Shown here piece after piece: positions 9,332 to 19,797 of a stretch of 56,588 bases of DNA. The DNA comes from a virus. Its lineage: Duplodnaviria; Caudoviricetes. Numbering within the stretch: the stretch's first letter is position 1; each line of letters starts with the position of its first letter. The notes beneath the pieces were generated by a model. The model saw only the letters and a list, made by a program, of their open reading frames with translations, was not told the origin of the DNA and did no database searches. The stretch spans positions 1 through 56,588 of the IMG/VR virus record IMGVR_UViG_3300043409_001689; one strand, given 5' to 3'. The position numbers and the translations under genes were made by a program.

Positions 9332-9476
9332 AGAATTGCTTTTCGCTGGATTGTAACAGAATTTTTTAAAAGTCCTATCTAAAGACTTTTAACCTAAACT
9401 CCGAAGCCTTCGGGCGGATGTCTTGCGGAAAGCATTAATTCAAAAGCCTAACTACTCATAATAGTTAGGCTTTTTT
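9332..9476 (+). ncRNA. Putative structured small RNA 1
   Basis: Promoter, ORF-free structured ~145 nt, terminator. Confidence 0.5.
9442..9476. terminator. Bidirectional terminator
   Basis: aaaagcctaacta/tagttaggctttttt. Confidence 0.8.
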
Positions 9477-9723
9477 ACTTTTATTCATTAACTAATCCTA
9501 TGTAATAATTTCCATCAATTTCTTTATACTCTACCGACAAGTCTTTCATAGTTCATCTATATCCACACTACAAATGCAACAGTCTTTCATGCTTCTTTCT
9601 TGTGGGGTATATTCGTCAAGATGCTTTTCAACTTGTTCAGAAGATAAGCTAAAATGTTCGATTAAGTCATTAGGACACGCTAATTCTTTTTCTCCTCTAT
9701 TAATTACTACTATTTGGCACATT

Positions 9724-9918
9724 CTATAAAAGGTTTTTGTCTATCCAATAATTTCCGTTTGTTTTAGGGTCAACCACATGATAAGCCGTTGAACTTTCCC
9801 CAATAATTTCTAAGGAATCACCTTTATTAAAGGTAAGATTCATTATTGTAGTGTAAGGAGAAGTTTTGTAGCTTCCGTATCTTTGGTAGCGAATGAACTG
9901 AATTATTCTTTTATTCAT
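9724..9918 (-). CDS. Small hypothetical protein
   Basis: 64-aa ORF coupled to the upstream gene. Confidence 0.55.
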   Translation of the reverse strand: MNKRIIQFIRYQRYGSYKTSPYTTIMNLTFNKGDSLEIIGESSTAYHVVDPKTNGNYWIDKNLL

Positions 9919-9919
9919 T

Positions 9920-10408
9920 TTAATAGATTAAAGTCTTCATAAATTCATACATACCATTGTCTTTTTTGGTTTGCAATTGCTCATCAAGCATCGTTGTTAG
10001 CTTATCCCAATTATCTGAAAGGTTTGACCACTCTTTGCCTACTTCTTTAAGAAAATGAAAGCGTTGCTTTATTTCGGGAACAAACTTGACAAGTTTGTAG
10101 CATCTATTAAAATCGTCGGGGTCGTAAGGGTGTGACGTGTCGGACTTTCCTATTCCGTAGCAAATCCAAATCATAGCCTTAGAAGACGCTCCCTTTTCGC
10201 CATTCTCAAACCACCACTTAATGCGGTCAACTTCACTTTGCGACATATCGGCTTGTGGCTCTACCCAAGTTTTTAGGCAGTCCTTATGCAAGGTTTCAAA
10301 AGACCTATTTTTTTTAGACATCTCTTTGATGCCTATTGGATAGACTAATTTGTGACTTTCGCCACAATTAAGGCAAAATAAGGCTTCGTCTCTTATTATT
10401 GTACTCAT
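9920..10408 (-). CDS. Conserved hypothetical phage protein
   Basis: CxxC motif plus G.SS..., HP.D..DF.RC motif. Confidence 0.75.
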   Translation of the reverse strand: MSTIIRDEALFCLNCGESHKLVYPIGIKEMSKKNRSFETLHKDCLKTWVEPQADMSQSEVDRIKWWFENGEKGASSKAMIWICYGIGKSDTSHPYDPDDFNRCYKLVKFVPEIKQRFHFLKEVGKEWSNLSDNWDKLTTMLDEQLQTKKDNGMYEFMKTLIY

Positions 10409-10989
10409 ATTAAATTTCTTTTTTTAAGTTCAAAATAGCATTTAACAGTAGCTTTCACGTCATTCAAAGCATTATGCGCCCCTTCAAAGTCTTCCCCGAA
10501 AAGCCACAGGTGAAGTTCTGTAAGTTTTGGGAATTTGAATTTGCCTTGATAGTAAGGTGAAGGAATCTTCAAGACGCTTGTAGTAGCTTCCATAGTACAC
10601 AAGTGACCACGGTAAGGCAATAGGTTTTCTAACCCAAGTCTTAGGCACTCGGCTTCAATAAGCATGGAATCAAACCAGTAATTATGACAAATCAATACAT
10701 CTATTCCTTTAACTATTTCAAAAAAGTCATGCAAGGCTTCCGCAGGGTGTACCCCGTCTTTCAAAATACTTTCCTTGGAAATGCCGTGAGCATTGAAAGC
10801 ACTTGGGCTTATTTCAAAGTCTTCATTAGGCTTTACTAAGAAGCCCGATTCACCCAAAAGCCTTTCATCTTCATATAATTGATACCCCAATTGGACAAGG
10901 TGAGGGTATAGGTGAACCGTGTCTTTATTTAGCTTGTAGCCTTTTGGGGGTAAGCCAGTAGTTTCGGTATCAAAGAATAGGATTTTCAT
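10405..10989 (-). CDS. DEDDh 3'-5' exonuclease (DnaQ-like)
   Basis: FFDTETTGL, HN..FD, AHNAL.D motifs. Confidence 0.92.
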   Translation of the reverse strand: MKILFFDTETTGLPPKGYKLNKDTVHLYPHLVQLGYQLYEDERLLGESGFLVKPNEDFEISPSAFNAHGISKESILKDGVHPAEALHDFFEIVKGIDVLICHNYWFDSMLIEAECLRLGLENLLPYRGHLCTMEATTSVLKIPSPYYQGKFKFPKLTELHLWLFGEDFEGAHNALNDVKATVKCYFELKKRNLI

Positions 10990-11017
10990 TTCTTTTTTGT
11001 TTAATTATTTAATAATA

Positions 11018-11048
11018 CAAATGTATAATTTTTTATTGAAAAAACAAA
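11018..11048 (-). promoter_or_regulatory. Bacteroidota primary-sigma promoter
   Basis: TACATTTG with -33 TTTG. Confidence 0.7.
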
Positions 11049-11110
11049 ATATTTTGTAAAATAAATTTAATGGCTATATTGGATAAATACCTTAAAGTAT
11101 TTATGTAAAT

Positions 11111-12478
11111 ATGAAGATTCCTTTCACGAATATAGAACTATCAAATCCCTTTTCACTTAAAAGACCGCCTACGGTTTACGTGAACGAGCAGCCTGTTTCT
11201 TCGGGCAGAAGTTCCGTGTCGGAAGTCTCGGACTTCTTGCAAGGAAAGACTGCTTGGCACGAGATAAAGCCCAAGTATAGAAAGGAAATACTTGAAACGC
11301 TTGAAACTATGGCAATATGGAACGGTGACGTTTCAAACGCTACTGAAAACGTGGTGAAGCTTGCCAATAGACCTCACCTTTTGCACTTCGCAGAAGGCAC
11401 GTCTGAAGAGGTTATAAAGAAAGCCCAAGAGTATATGAGCGATGCGGAAAAGACTTGGTATAGGGGCGGTATGTGGGCTTTAAAGAATGACCTATTGACT
11501 CAATTAGCTTTGTTTGGTGCTATAAGTGCAGAAGCGGGGATAAGAAGGGATATGAAGGGTGTCAAGAGAGTTTACTTAGTTCCGCATAAGCACATAGTCT
11601 TTAGAAGGAACATCAAGGAAGACGATTATGAACCTTTCCAAAATATTGCACAATTAGGCTCGGTAGAACCTATAAAGCTAAACCAATTCACTTATAAGTA
11701 CCTTAGCTTAGGCAGAATCAATGAAAATCCTTACGGCATACCGCCTTTCTTGGCGGCTCTTAGGGATATTGACATAGACGACTACCTTGTAGATAACCTT
11801 CGCTATGTGGCGAAAAAGCACGGTGTCATGGGTTTCCTTTCGGTGCTTGTTAATGCTCCAGCAAAGAAGCAAGGAGAATCTGACCAACTATATTATGATA
11901 GATGCGAAAGATACTTGGATAAGATTAAGCCACAAATTGAAGAAGGCTATCGGAATGGAATCGCTTTAGGCTTCAAGAACGCTCACCAATTTGATGTGCA
12001 AAACTCCACAAGTGACGGAACTGCTGCAAGGTCTTTGGTAGAACTCATTGACCAAAAGAAGATGTCGGGTCTAAAGCAAGACCCTATTTTCTTTGGGCGT
12101 CCGTTCAATACCTCGGAAGCTATTGGAAGGGTAATCTTTGAGAAGTGGACTGGTCAACTTGAAGCTTACCAGCAATGTCTTGTAGTTTTCTTGGAAGACT
12201 TATACTTGAAGGAACTTGTATTGGCTGGATTCCCTATTAAATCTTTGTTCGTGGAGTTTGAAAAACCAAACACGAAGGATAAGCTAAGAGATGCACAAGC
12301 CCGTCAACTGCATATTCAAAATACTATCTTGCTTCGTGACGAAGGAATTATAAGTCAAGCGCAAGCTGCGAAAGAAATGAATTATGATAGGGCGTTTAAG
12401 GAAGCACCTGTTAAAATAGACCCTTCTAAGCCCGACAACGGGGGCGGGGGGAATAATAAACCTAAACCTGTAAATTAA
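11111..12478 (+). CDS. Portal protein
   Basis: Size, position after terL, PYGIPP motif. Confidence 0.82.
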   Translation: MKIPFTNIELSNPFSLKRPPTVYVNEQPVSSGRSSVSEVSDFLQGKTAWHEIKPKYRKEILETLETMAIWNGDVSNATENVVKLANRPHLLHFAEGTSEEVIKKAQEYMSDAEKTWYRGGMWALKNDLLTQLALFGAISAEAGIRRDMKGVKRVYLVPHKHIVFRRNIKEDDYEPFQNIAQLGSVEPIKLNQFTYKYLSLGRINENPYGIPPFLAALRDIDIDDYLVDNLRYVAKKHGVMGFLSVLVNAPAKKQGESDQLYYDRCERYLDKIKPQIEEGYRNGIALGFKNAHQFDVQNSTSDGTAARSLVELIDQKKMSGLKQDPIFFGRPFNTSEAIGRVIFEKWTGQLEAYQQCLVVFLEDLYLKELVLAGFPIKSLFVEFEKPNTKDKLRDAQARQLHIQNTILLRDEGIISQAQAAKEMNYDRAFKEAPVKIDPSKPDNGGGGNNKPKPVN

Positions 12479-13956
12479 TGAAAAAGAGAAATAGGGAAAC
12501 CCTAAACTTCAATATGGTGATTGGAAAGGATAAGTCTTCAATAGGCGGCTTTCAGCTTTCCCAATTCGCTAAAGCTACTGCTATCCCGATGCGCTCGGAC
12601 GCTCCCCCCTCAGTAGCCCTAAAACCCGAAGACTTCTACGAAGCGGACTTCCGTATGCTTTCTTCAACAATCGTTGGAACGGACTCTTGGAAGTGTTGTG
12701 ATTTTTCCGAAGGAAGTGTATTGAAAGACGCTTTAAGTCTTTTTGAAAAGAAGCCCGTCTATACTGACCATGATACTTGGGAAGTTAAGAACGCTGTGGG
12801 TATGGTTAAGAAAGTTTGGTGGGATAACGTGTATATGCTTGAAGGGAACGTGAAAGTCCCTTCGGGTGTGAATGGAACTCTTGCAATAGACATTACTAAT
12901 GATATGGGATTGAAGTTGGCAAGGTCTATTGAAATGGGTGCTATCTTCTCGGTGAGTGTAGGGATAGAATTTGATTGGGAAGCATCACACACCTTTGAAG
13001 ACCGTTGGGGCTTTTATGACAATATCGGAACTATCCAAAAGGATGGGGCAATGTGTCGCAGGGTAGTAAAGACTATCTACAATATCAATGAGTGTTCTTT
13101 GGTACATCTTGGGGCAGATGGCTATGCAAAACTCCTTGATGAAGACGGAAAGATAGTAAACCCAGATTTTGGTCAAATAAGCATACATAAGGCTTTGGGG
13201 TTGTCTAAGGACGACTTCAATGAAAAATCTCCCGAAACGGCAAATAACTACAAAATTATTTGCGGATTTGATAAAGGTTTATTAGGTTTATCAAAAGCGT
13301 ATCAAGATTTAAATAAAGAGTTCAATAAAGAAAATTCTAATAAAATGGATAGAAATTTTAAATACTTCTTAGGAAAGTTCGGCTTATCAGAAGCTGATTT
13401 TGCAAATGAAGAAGTTTTCATTGAAAAAATGAAGGACGTTTTAGAAGGCAATAAAAGCCTTGTGGGTCTTCAAAAGGTATCGGATAAGGCTAAAGAAATC
13501 TTTGGTCAAGACTTCGATTCTTATTCAAAAGAAAATGTGGTCTTTGGTCAAGACTTGGTAACGCTTCGCAAAGAGCATGAAGACTTCAAGAAAGAACTTG
13601 ATGCTTTGAAAGGCAAGCAAGAAGATAAGTTGACAAAACTTCGTACTGATGCGGAAGCCAAGTATCGCGCTTTGCAATTGGCAAAGAAGGCTGACGTTGA
13701 CGAAACGATTATCGAACTCTTCAAGGAATCTGATGAAACTAAGATTGTGTCTTTGGCAAAGTCTTTCGGTATTCAGTTCGGGGAGGAACTTCATGGAAAG
13801 TGTGTCAAGTGTGGTTCTAAGGAAATCAACTTCCGTTCTACGGTGTCTGAGAAAGACCCCGAAGACGATGAAGTAGTAGAAATCTATAAGGGAGGGTTTG
13901 ATAACTTGGCTCGTAAGAAGCAAGGGGAAAATAACACTTTCTTAGGTGGTAAGTAA
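12478..13956 (+). CDS. Prohead protease/scaffold protein
   Basis: PVYTDH, SVSVG, ECSLV..GAD motifs; coiled-coil C-terminus. Confidence 0.78.
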   Translation: MKKRNRETLNFNMVIGKDKSSIGGFQLSQFAKATAIPMRSDAPPSVALKPEDFYEADFRMLSSTIVGTDSWKCCDFSEGSVLKDALSLFEKKPVYTDHDTWEVKNAVGMVKKVWWDNVYMLEGNVKVPSGVNGTLAIDITNDMGLKLARSIEMGAIFSVSVGIEFDWEASHTFEDRWGFYDNIGTIQKDGAMCRRVVKTIYNINECSLVHLGADGYAKLLDEDGKIVNPDFGQISIHKALGLSKDDFNEKSPETANNYKIICGFDKGLLGLSKAYQDLNKEFNKENSNKMDRNFKYFLGKFGLSEADFANEEVFIEKMKDVLEGNKSLVGLQKVSDKAKEIFGQDFDSYSKENVVFGQDLVTLRKEHEDFKKELDALKGKQEDKLTKLRTDAEAKYRALQLAKKADVDETIIELFKESDETKIVSLAKSFGIQFGEELHGKCVKCGSKEINFRSTVSEKDPEDDEVVEIYKGGFDNLARKKQGENNTFLGGK

Positions 13957-14015
13957 TTAACCCTTGTGGGGGCTTTTAATATTATTGTTTAACGAAAATT
14001 CTAAAATTTATAAAG

Positions 14016-14456
14016 ATGAATTTAAGACTAAATTCAAATACGCCACGCACGAGGGTTGAGCAAATGCACGTCATTGCATCACTGCACATTACTTTCGATT
14101 GCGATGCAGCTTTTGATGCACCCGTAGGTACTCCTGTAAAACTTGATGCGACTTCAAAAGTAGTTGTTGCTACTAAAGCAGATAAGCCTATTGGCATCGT
14201 TCACGTTCCCAAAAACAATGACCATATCGGTAAGCCATGTGTAGGTGTTTTGACAGAGTTCAAGGCGGAACTTGTGGCGGTGGCTCAAGCTGCTGTAAGT
14301 GCTGGTCAAGCGGTGGCAATTCATTCGGTAGCGGGTTTTGCAGTACGTGTAGCGGTGGCTGCTTCGGGTGAATACGCTATTGGCGTGGCTCTTTCAAGTG
14401 CTGCGGCTGGTGCCGACATTCAAGTAGGTATTCTTTCGACTTCTCACAAAGTCTAA
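14016..14456 (+). CDS. Capsid decoration/cement protein
   Basis: Ala/Val/Gly-rich small protein just before the MCP; IGVAL..AAAG..I.V pattern. Confidence 0.7.
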   Translation: MNLRLNSNTPRTRVEQMHVIASLHITFDCDAAFDAPVGTPVKLDATSKVVVATKADKPIGIVHVPKNNDHIGKPCVGVLTEFKAELVAVAQAAVSAGQAVAIHSVAGFAVRVAVAASGEYAIGVALSSAAAGADIQVGILSTSHKV

Positions 14457-14524
14457 GTCATTGATAATCGGACAAAGTAACAAAGTAAATTAAAATTATC
14501 ATTGAACTTTCTTAATAAAAGAAT

Positions 14525-15808
14525 ATGAGCAGAGAAGTATTGCCTTTGGATTCAAGGGCTGAAAAGATTGCCGTTGCCGTTGCCGAATTTACGAAAAACG
14601 GTAAAGAAAAGTTGTCAATTTTTGACAAGTCTAAAGTAATGAACTTGGAAATTAAGGGTGAGCAAGACTCTCATTCAAAACTTTCAAGTGCTGTCATGTA
14701 TGACATGGAAAGCCTTTGTCGTCGCTTAAACTCTATGCGTAATGGTACGCATGAAGAATTTGGTGTGACTGACATTAGCTTTGCGGAAGCCGTAAAGTCT
14801 ATGTATGGCTTTGAAAGCGTTAATGACTTCCTAAGAATCGGTTTGGGAATTGAACCCTCCCGTATCACTTCTGAAAAGCTTTGGAGCAAGCCCGAATACA
14901 ATCAAGGCTATCGCTGGTTGATTCAAGAAATCATCTTGGAAGCTATGAAATTGGGTATTCGTAAGCCTTCGATGCACGAGGGGCTTGTAGCGAACACCGT
15001 TTCTTTATCGCAGCCCGAAGCAAAGATGCCTACTATTGACATGGCTGATGCTATGCCTTCGGTAATCGGTGAAGGAGACACTTTGAAAATGGGTTCTCTT
15101 AGCTTTGACCAAAAGACGGTTAACACCTTCAAATTGGGTATTGGATTAAAGACTACTGACGAAGTTATCAAGTATGTGTCTTTGGATATGGTGTCAATGT
15201 TCCTTGCGGATATGCCTGTACGCATGAATAACGCTCTTGATGCTTTATTTATCGCTATTGCTATCAATGGCAACCAAACTGGCGAAGAAGCACCTATTAT
15301 TGGTGTTAAGACTACGGGTGCATGGGCTTACCGTGACCTTACAAGAATGTGGGCGCGCGGTGCAAGAATGGGTCGTGACTTCACTTGTCTTATGACGGAC
15401 GAAGAAACGGCTTTAGACCTTTTGGACTTAGAAGAGTTCCGTGGATACGATGGTCCTACTACTCGTGGCGAGTTGATGCTAAAGACCAACATTCCTACAA
15501 AGGGTGATTTGATGATTCATGGCGCAATTGCAGAAAATACAATCTTAGCTTTGGATAAGAACGCTGCTATGGTCAAGTTGATGGTAGAAGCAATGTCTTT
15601 GGAAAGTGAAAGAATTGTTCAAAATGGTATCTCGGCTACTTACTTGAAGACTCGTATAGGCTTCGCTAAGATGTTCCAAGATGCGGTGGTGCTTATTAAT
15701 AATTCTATTACTTACAACAAAACTGCTGGTCAAGTGGGTGGTTTCCCTGTGTACATGGACCCTAAGCCTATTGAGACTTCGGTTTTACGTGGTCGTAGTG
15801 CAATGTAA
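14525..15808 (+). CDS. Major capsid protein (HK97-type)
   Basis: Synteny, 427 aa, IGEGD / KLGIGL.TTDE pattern, strong codon bias. Confidence 0.85.
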   Translation: MSREVLPLDSRAEKIAVAVAEFTKNGKEKLSIFDKSKVMNLEIKGEQDSHSKLSSAVMYDMESLCRRLNSMRNGTHEEFGVTDISFAEAVKSMYGFESVNDFLRIGLGIEPSRITSEKLWSKPEYNQGYRWLIQEIILEAMKLGIRKPSMHEGLVANTVSLSQPEAKMPTIDMADAMPSVIGEGDTLKMGSLSFDQKTVNTFKLGIGLKTTDEVIKYVSLDMVSMFLADMPVRMNNALDALFIAIAINGNQTGEEAPIIGVKTTGAWAYRDLTRMWARGARMGRDFTCLMTDEETALDLLDLEEFRGYDGPTTRGELMLKTNIPTKGDLMIHGAIAENTILALDKNAAMVKLMVEAMSLESERIVQNGISATYLKTRIGFAKMFQDAVVLINNSITYNKTAGQVGGFPVYMDPKPIETSVLRGRSAM

Positions 15809-15837
15809 AAATTTGAAGGTGAATAAATAAAGGTTTG

Positions 15838-15871
15838 AGGGGTTTTGGAATTATTCTAAAACCCCTTTTTT
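15838..15871 (+). terminator. Intrinsic terminator after MCP
   Basis: aggggttttggaa/ttctaaaacccct followed by a T-run. Confidence 0.8.
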
Positions 15872-15897
15872 GAATTAATCATATTAATTTTAAAATT

Positions 15898-16191
15898 ATG
15901 GCAAAAATATTTGTAAAGCTAAAAGACGCAGGGGCTTCTTATATTGATTCTACCCAAGAAAGACCTATGCTCATTCATGGCGCAGAACCCTTTGAAGTAG
16001 AAGAAACGGAAATGATAAAGCAGGGTATTCGTCGGGGGGCTTTGGTTGTTACCGAAGGAACGCCTACGGAATCTACGGGAAAAGCTAAAGAAGTCAAGGA
16101 GACTAAGCCAAAGGCTGATGCTAAAGGAAAAACTAAAGAAGAAGTCCAAGAGCCTACTGGAGAAAAACAAGAAGGCGTGGCAGAAAAATAA
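15898..16191 (+). CDS. Small head-associated hypothetical protein
   Basis: ORF after the MCP with a Lys/Glu-rich tail. Confidence 0.7.
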   Translation: MAKIFVKLKDAGASYIDSTQERPMLIHGAEPFEVEETEMIKQGIRRGALVVTEGTPTESTGKAKEVKETKPKADAKGKTKEEVQEPTGEKQEGVAEK

Positions 16192-16282
16192 TAGTAAAAA
16201 ATAAAGACTTTAAAAGCCTTTTTATTTGATTTATTCAATAAAAAGGCTTTTCTTTTTTGAAAGAATAAAAGATTTTAAGTAA

Positions 16283-16846
16283 ATGAGCGCAGTTGACTTG
16301 ACTATACTTTCGGTGATTCAATCCAAGCTTCCTACAAGCATTTTTGATGCTGACCCAGCGATGGATGGTATCGTTCAAGATGTCTTTGTAGAGATGGAAA
16401 CTTGCTTTAGAAAGCGGTTTTACTATGACGCTGACAATATTTGTCAAGAGGACTGGGCAAGGGTAGGTGACGTTCAATACTATAACCCTATCGAAAGGTC
16501 TATTATAGGCGACTTTGCGTCTTGGCGGTATCTTCTAAGAAAGCTTATTGATGAAGCTTCAAAAGTAGGACTTTCATTAGAAACAGCAAGCGGTCAAAGG
16601 TTCATCAAGAAGGCAAAGGCGGGAAGTGCGGAAGCGGAATTTGAGCAAAGAGACTTGCGGAATAACCCCATGATTGTAAAGATTGGGGAACTTCTAAGGA
16701 TGCTTAAAGAAGACGTTAGGAGAAAGGCAAGGAATATCGGGTGTGTGATTGACATAAACGACGATAACGCCTACACAATAGAAGTGGAAGGTGGCATGAT
16801 GGAGTTTCCCTTATTAATGATTCGTGAAAACTGCGGTTGTAGATAA
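16283..16846 (+). CDS. Putative head-tail adaptor
   Basis: Synteny; IKKAKAGSAEAEF beta-hairpin pattern. Confidence 0.6.
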   Translation: MSAVDLTILSVIQSKLPTSIFDADPAMDGIVQDVFVEMETCFRKRFYYDADNICQEDWARVGDVQYYNPIERSIIGDFASWRYLLRKLIDEASKVGLSLETASGQRFIKKAKAGSAEAEFEQRDLRNNPMIVKIGELLRMLKEDVRRKARNIGCVIDINDDNAYTIEVEGGMMEFPLLMIRENCGCR

Positions 16847-17289
16847 TGGACTTATTGACACAAGAAGACAGAGACGAGATACGGGCTGTACTTTCGGAAG
16901 TGACCACGGACACTTTTTGCAAGACTCCCGTACTCTTCAAAAGTAAGAAGATTGCTAAAGACCGTTGGGGAAAAGGGGAAGCTACGGAATACAACGAAAG
17001 GACTATTCTTTGCTATGTAGAATACCCGAACCTTGAAATTAACGATGGTGTTCCGCAAAGTTCGGGAATGTCCGAGCCTTTTGATGTTAAGGTAATGATG
17101 AATGTAGAAGTGGCAGAAATCCATGGACTTTTCACACTTCCCAACACGGTCAACTTGAAAAGTAGTTCGGATTTGTTCGTAGTGGACGGGGAGACTTATA
17201 GGGTAGAAGACTGGCGCACTGATGGGAATTTTGAACACCGCTCAATACTTCTTTATGTAAGTGGAACTAAGATAGCTAAAAACGCATAA
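16846..17289 (+). CDS. Putative head closure protein
   Basis: Synteny; D.FVVDGETYRV pattern. Confidence 0.6.
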   Translation: MDLLTQEDRDEIRAVLSEVTTDTFCKTPVLFKSKKIAKDRWGKGEATEYNERTILCYVEYPNLEINDGVPQSSGMSEPFDVKVMMNVEVAEIHGLFTLPNTVNLKSSSDLFVVDGETYRVEDWRTDGNFEHRSILLYVSGTKIAKNA

Positions 17290-17300
17290 AGGGTTTTAAG

Positions 17301-17765
17301 ATGTTCAAAAGACGGGGGAACTGGAATAAGGCTATGAAGATTACTCATAACCTTGAAAAATATGGAACTCAAACGAGAATCCATATTCTAAAAAAGTTAG
17401 CGGAAAAAGGTCAAAGAACCGTGATGAATCACATCATCTACCAAGACCTCAACTGGCAAGCCTTATCGGATAGACGGATAAAAGAAAAGGGGCATGATAG
17501 AATTTTAGAAGATTCTAAAACGCTCTTGAATAACATCAAAGGTGTGTCGAATGAAGATTCGGCTATGGTAGGCGTTCCAAGTAGCGTAACCTATCCCGAT
17601 GGAACACCATTAGCCCAAGTAGCCTACAATAATGAGTTTGGAGACGGCACAAATACCCCTTCAAGACCATTGTGGAAGCCTTCGGTGGATGAACTAAGAA
17701 TTTGGCAACAAACAGGCGTAAATAGTCCTTCAAAGATTCTTTACTACCTTCTAAAAAGCGTATAA
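17301..17765 (+). CDS. Putative neck/tail completion protein
   Basis: A.YNNEFG...P.RPLWKP pattern. Confidence 0.65.
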   Translation: MFKRRGNWNKAMKITHNLEKYGTQTRIHILKKLAEKGQRTVMNHIIYQDLNWQALSDRRIKEKGHDRILEDSKTLLNNIKGVSNEDSAMVGVPSSVTYPDGTPLAQVAYNNEFGDGTNTPSRPLWKPSVDELRIWQQTGVNSPSKILYYLLKSV

Positions 17766-18430
17766 TGACTTTCTTGACAATAGACGATATAGATAAAAGC
17801 ATCTATGAACACCTACGTAAAGAAGTTGTAAGGTTGGGCTATTTGCCCGACATTCTTGGTGCAGACTATGAAGCGCAAAGGGAAGCCATAAGGGCTTCTA
17901 AAGGTCAATTGATAGACGTCTTTGCACCCGCTCCGTGGCAGTCAAGGGATATGAAAGAACTTTCAAGGTTCGTCATAGACCGTGTAGATACTCTAAAAGG
18001 AAAGTTGTTTGGGGGTGGAACGGTAGAAGAAAGAGTTATAGAAAATGGCGTGGAACGCATAAAAGTCTATAAGATGCCCGAAAACTCTCGGACGCTTGTT
18101 TACGAAGTTCGATTCGCTACCGATAACGCTGACTACGAACTACTGGCACATGATATAGTTGCAAAAGTCTTTGGCATGATTAAAAGGCTCCCTTGTCTTT
18201 CGGAAAGGCTGGGTACTGAGGGATTGGACTTTCGGGTGGTTTGGAAAGGCGAATACAATGCTTCAAGGTACGACTTCTATGAAAGGGTGTTTACCTTTCA
18301 CGTGGAAGACTTATTCTTGGATATGCACATTAAGGAAGATGAAAGAATATTTAGCCCTATTATAGAGATAAGGGTAGATATAGAAGAAAGTAATCAAACA
18401 CAAACAATCGTAACGGAAATTTTCAATTGA
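17765..18430 (+). CDS. Putative tail terminator
   Basis: Synteny within the neck module. Confidence 0.5.
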   Translation: MTFLTIDDIDKSIYEHLRKEVVRLGYLPDILGADYEAQREAIRASKGQLIDVFAPAPWQSRDMKELSRFVIDRVDTLKGKLFGGGTVEERVIENGVERIKVYKMPENSRTLVYEVRFATDNADYELLAHDIVAKVFGMIKRLPCLSERLGTEGLDFRVVWKGEYNASRYDFYERVFTFHVEDLFLDMHIKEDERIFSPIIEIRVDIEESNQTQTIVTEIFN

Positions 18431-18459
18431 TTATTTAATTTCTAAAATTCTAAATTCCT

Positions 18460-19797
18460 ATGGGTGTTTTGAAAACGAAAAGTATCGTTACGAATAACGG
18501 TGCTACATTCTCACAGGCTTCGGTTGCTACGTTCCTTCAAGGTGCTGGCATTTTTATCGAACCTTTGATGACTTATTTAGTGGATAACGACGAGTGGTTT
18601 GCAAAGCCCGATGTTGCTGGTCCTTACACCGCTCGTAATGGTAACAAGTACACTTTAGTAGCTTCGGGTGCTAAGTTTGCTACCATGAAAGTAGGTGGTA
18701 CTACTCACGCTTTGACGTTGGCTAACAACGTTATCGAAGCGGAAGGAAGTGGTATTGCTACGGTAAGCCTTTCTAACGGTAAGTTCGTCTTTGGTGCTAC
18801 TTCGGGTAGTGCTACGTTAGGACAACGTTTGTCGGCTGATGGCGCGGGTGGATTTGTGTTTGTTGACGATGTTGCTTACACAGCTACTAACGGTCAAGCA
18901 GTTTCTACAAGCGTAACCAATGGCGTTATTTCAAGCGAGTTGATTATCAAGTCAACTGCGGACAACGTGTTGGCAAAAGACGCAAGCGGTGCTTATGTGT
19001 TGGTGAAGGGTGAAGCGGGTAACGTTGTTTCTACTTCTTACAATGCTGTTACTGGTGCGATTAGTGCTACTTTCAACGTGTCAAGCGATGCGGGTAATAC
19101 TATCGAAGCGCGCGCAAACGGTGCTTACGCTAAAGCCTTAACGGTTTCGGCTGGTTCTGCTCCTTACGCTACAATCACAAATGGAGAATTAAATATTACT
19201 CCGTTAACAATTGGAACGGTAACGGTAGTACCTACGGGTGACATTAGCGCGTGGTTGCCTACAAGCTATACAGGAACAAACTTTCAAGAAGGTGATATGG
19301 TATTATTCCCAGCGTCTTCTATGGCTTTTGTTCACAATGGCGGGGCGACTGGTACTCAATCGGACTTCACGCAAATTCAAGTTCCTAACTTGACGCAAGC
19401 TACGGTTCGCTCTTGGTTGTCTGCACAAAACGGTGTGACTTACAATCCTTCTACGGGAGTGTTTGAAGGCGTGGTTGCTGCGGGTAATAGCGGTTTGACG
19501 GTTGGTGCTACTGGCTTCAACTTCGCTTACCAAAACCAAACGGTGTATGACGAAAGCGGTATCATGGATGCGGGTATCTTTGCACCTACTACTTTGCATA
19601 ACCTCTTGAAAGAGACGGGCAACTATGCTAAAAAGATGTGGGATACAACTTGTACTTACTTCTACATGAGCGGTGTATTGGCTGACAATACGCCTGTAAC
19701 TAAGAAGTTCTACCTTGATGGTGACGGACACTTAGTCTATGATGTATTTACAGGCGGTTCTGACTTCGCTACAAACGTATTGACGAACCCTTTTTAG
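18460..19797 (+). CDS. Virion fibre/whisker-like structural protein (possible -1 frameshift extension to 19865)
   Basis: G/A/T/S-rich beta repeats, strong codon bias, ends C CCT TTT TAG. Confidence 0.7.
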   Translation: MGVLKTKSIVTNNGATFSQASVATFLQGAGIFIEPLMTYLVDNDEWFAKPDVAGPYTARNGNKYTLVASGAKFATMKVGGTTHALTLANNVIEAEGSGIATVSLSNGKFVFGATSGSATLGQRLSADGAGGFVFVDDVAYTATNGQAVSTSVTNGVISSELIIKSTADNVLAKDASGAYVLVKGEAGNVVSTSYNAVTGAISATFNVSSDAGNTIEARANGAYAKALTVSAGSAPYATITNGELNITPLTIGTVTVVPTGDISAWLPTSYTGTNFQEGDMVLFPASSMAFVHNGGATGTQSDFTQIQVPNLTQATVRSWLSAQNGVTYNPSTGVFEGVVAAGNSGLTVGATGFNFAYQNQTVYDESGIMDAGIFAPTTLHNLLKETGNYAKKMWDTTCTYFYMSGVLADNTPVTKKFYLDGDGHLVYDVFTGGSDFATNVLTNPF

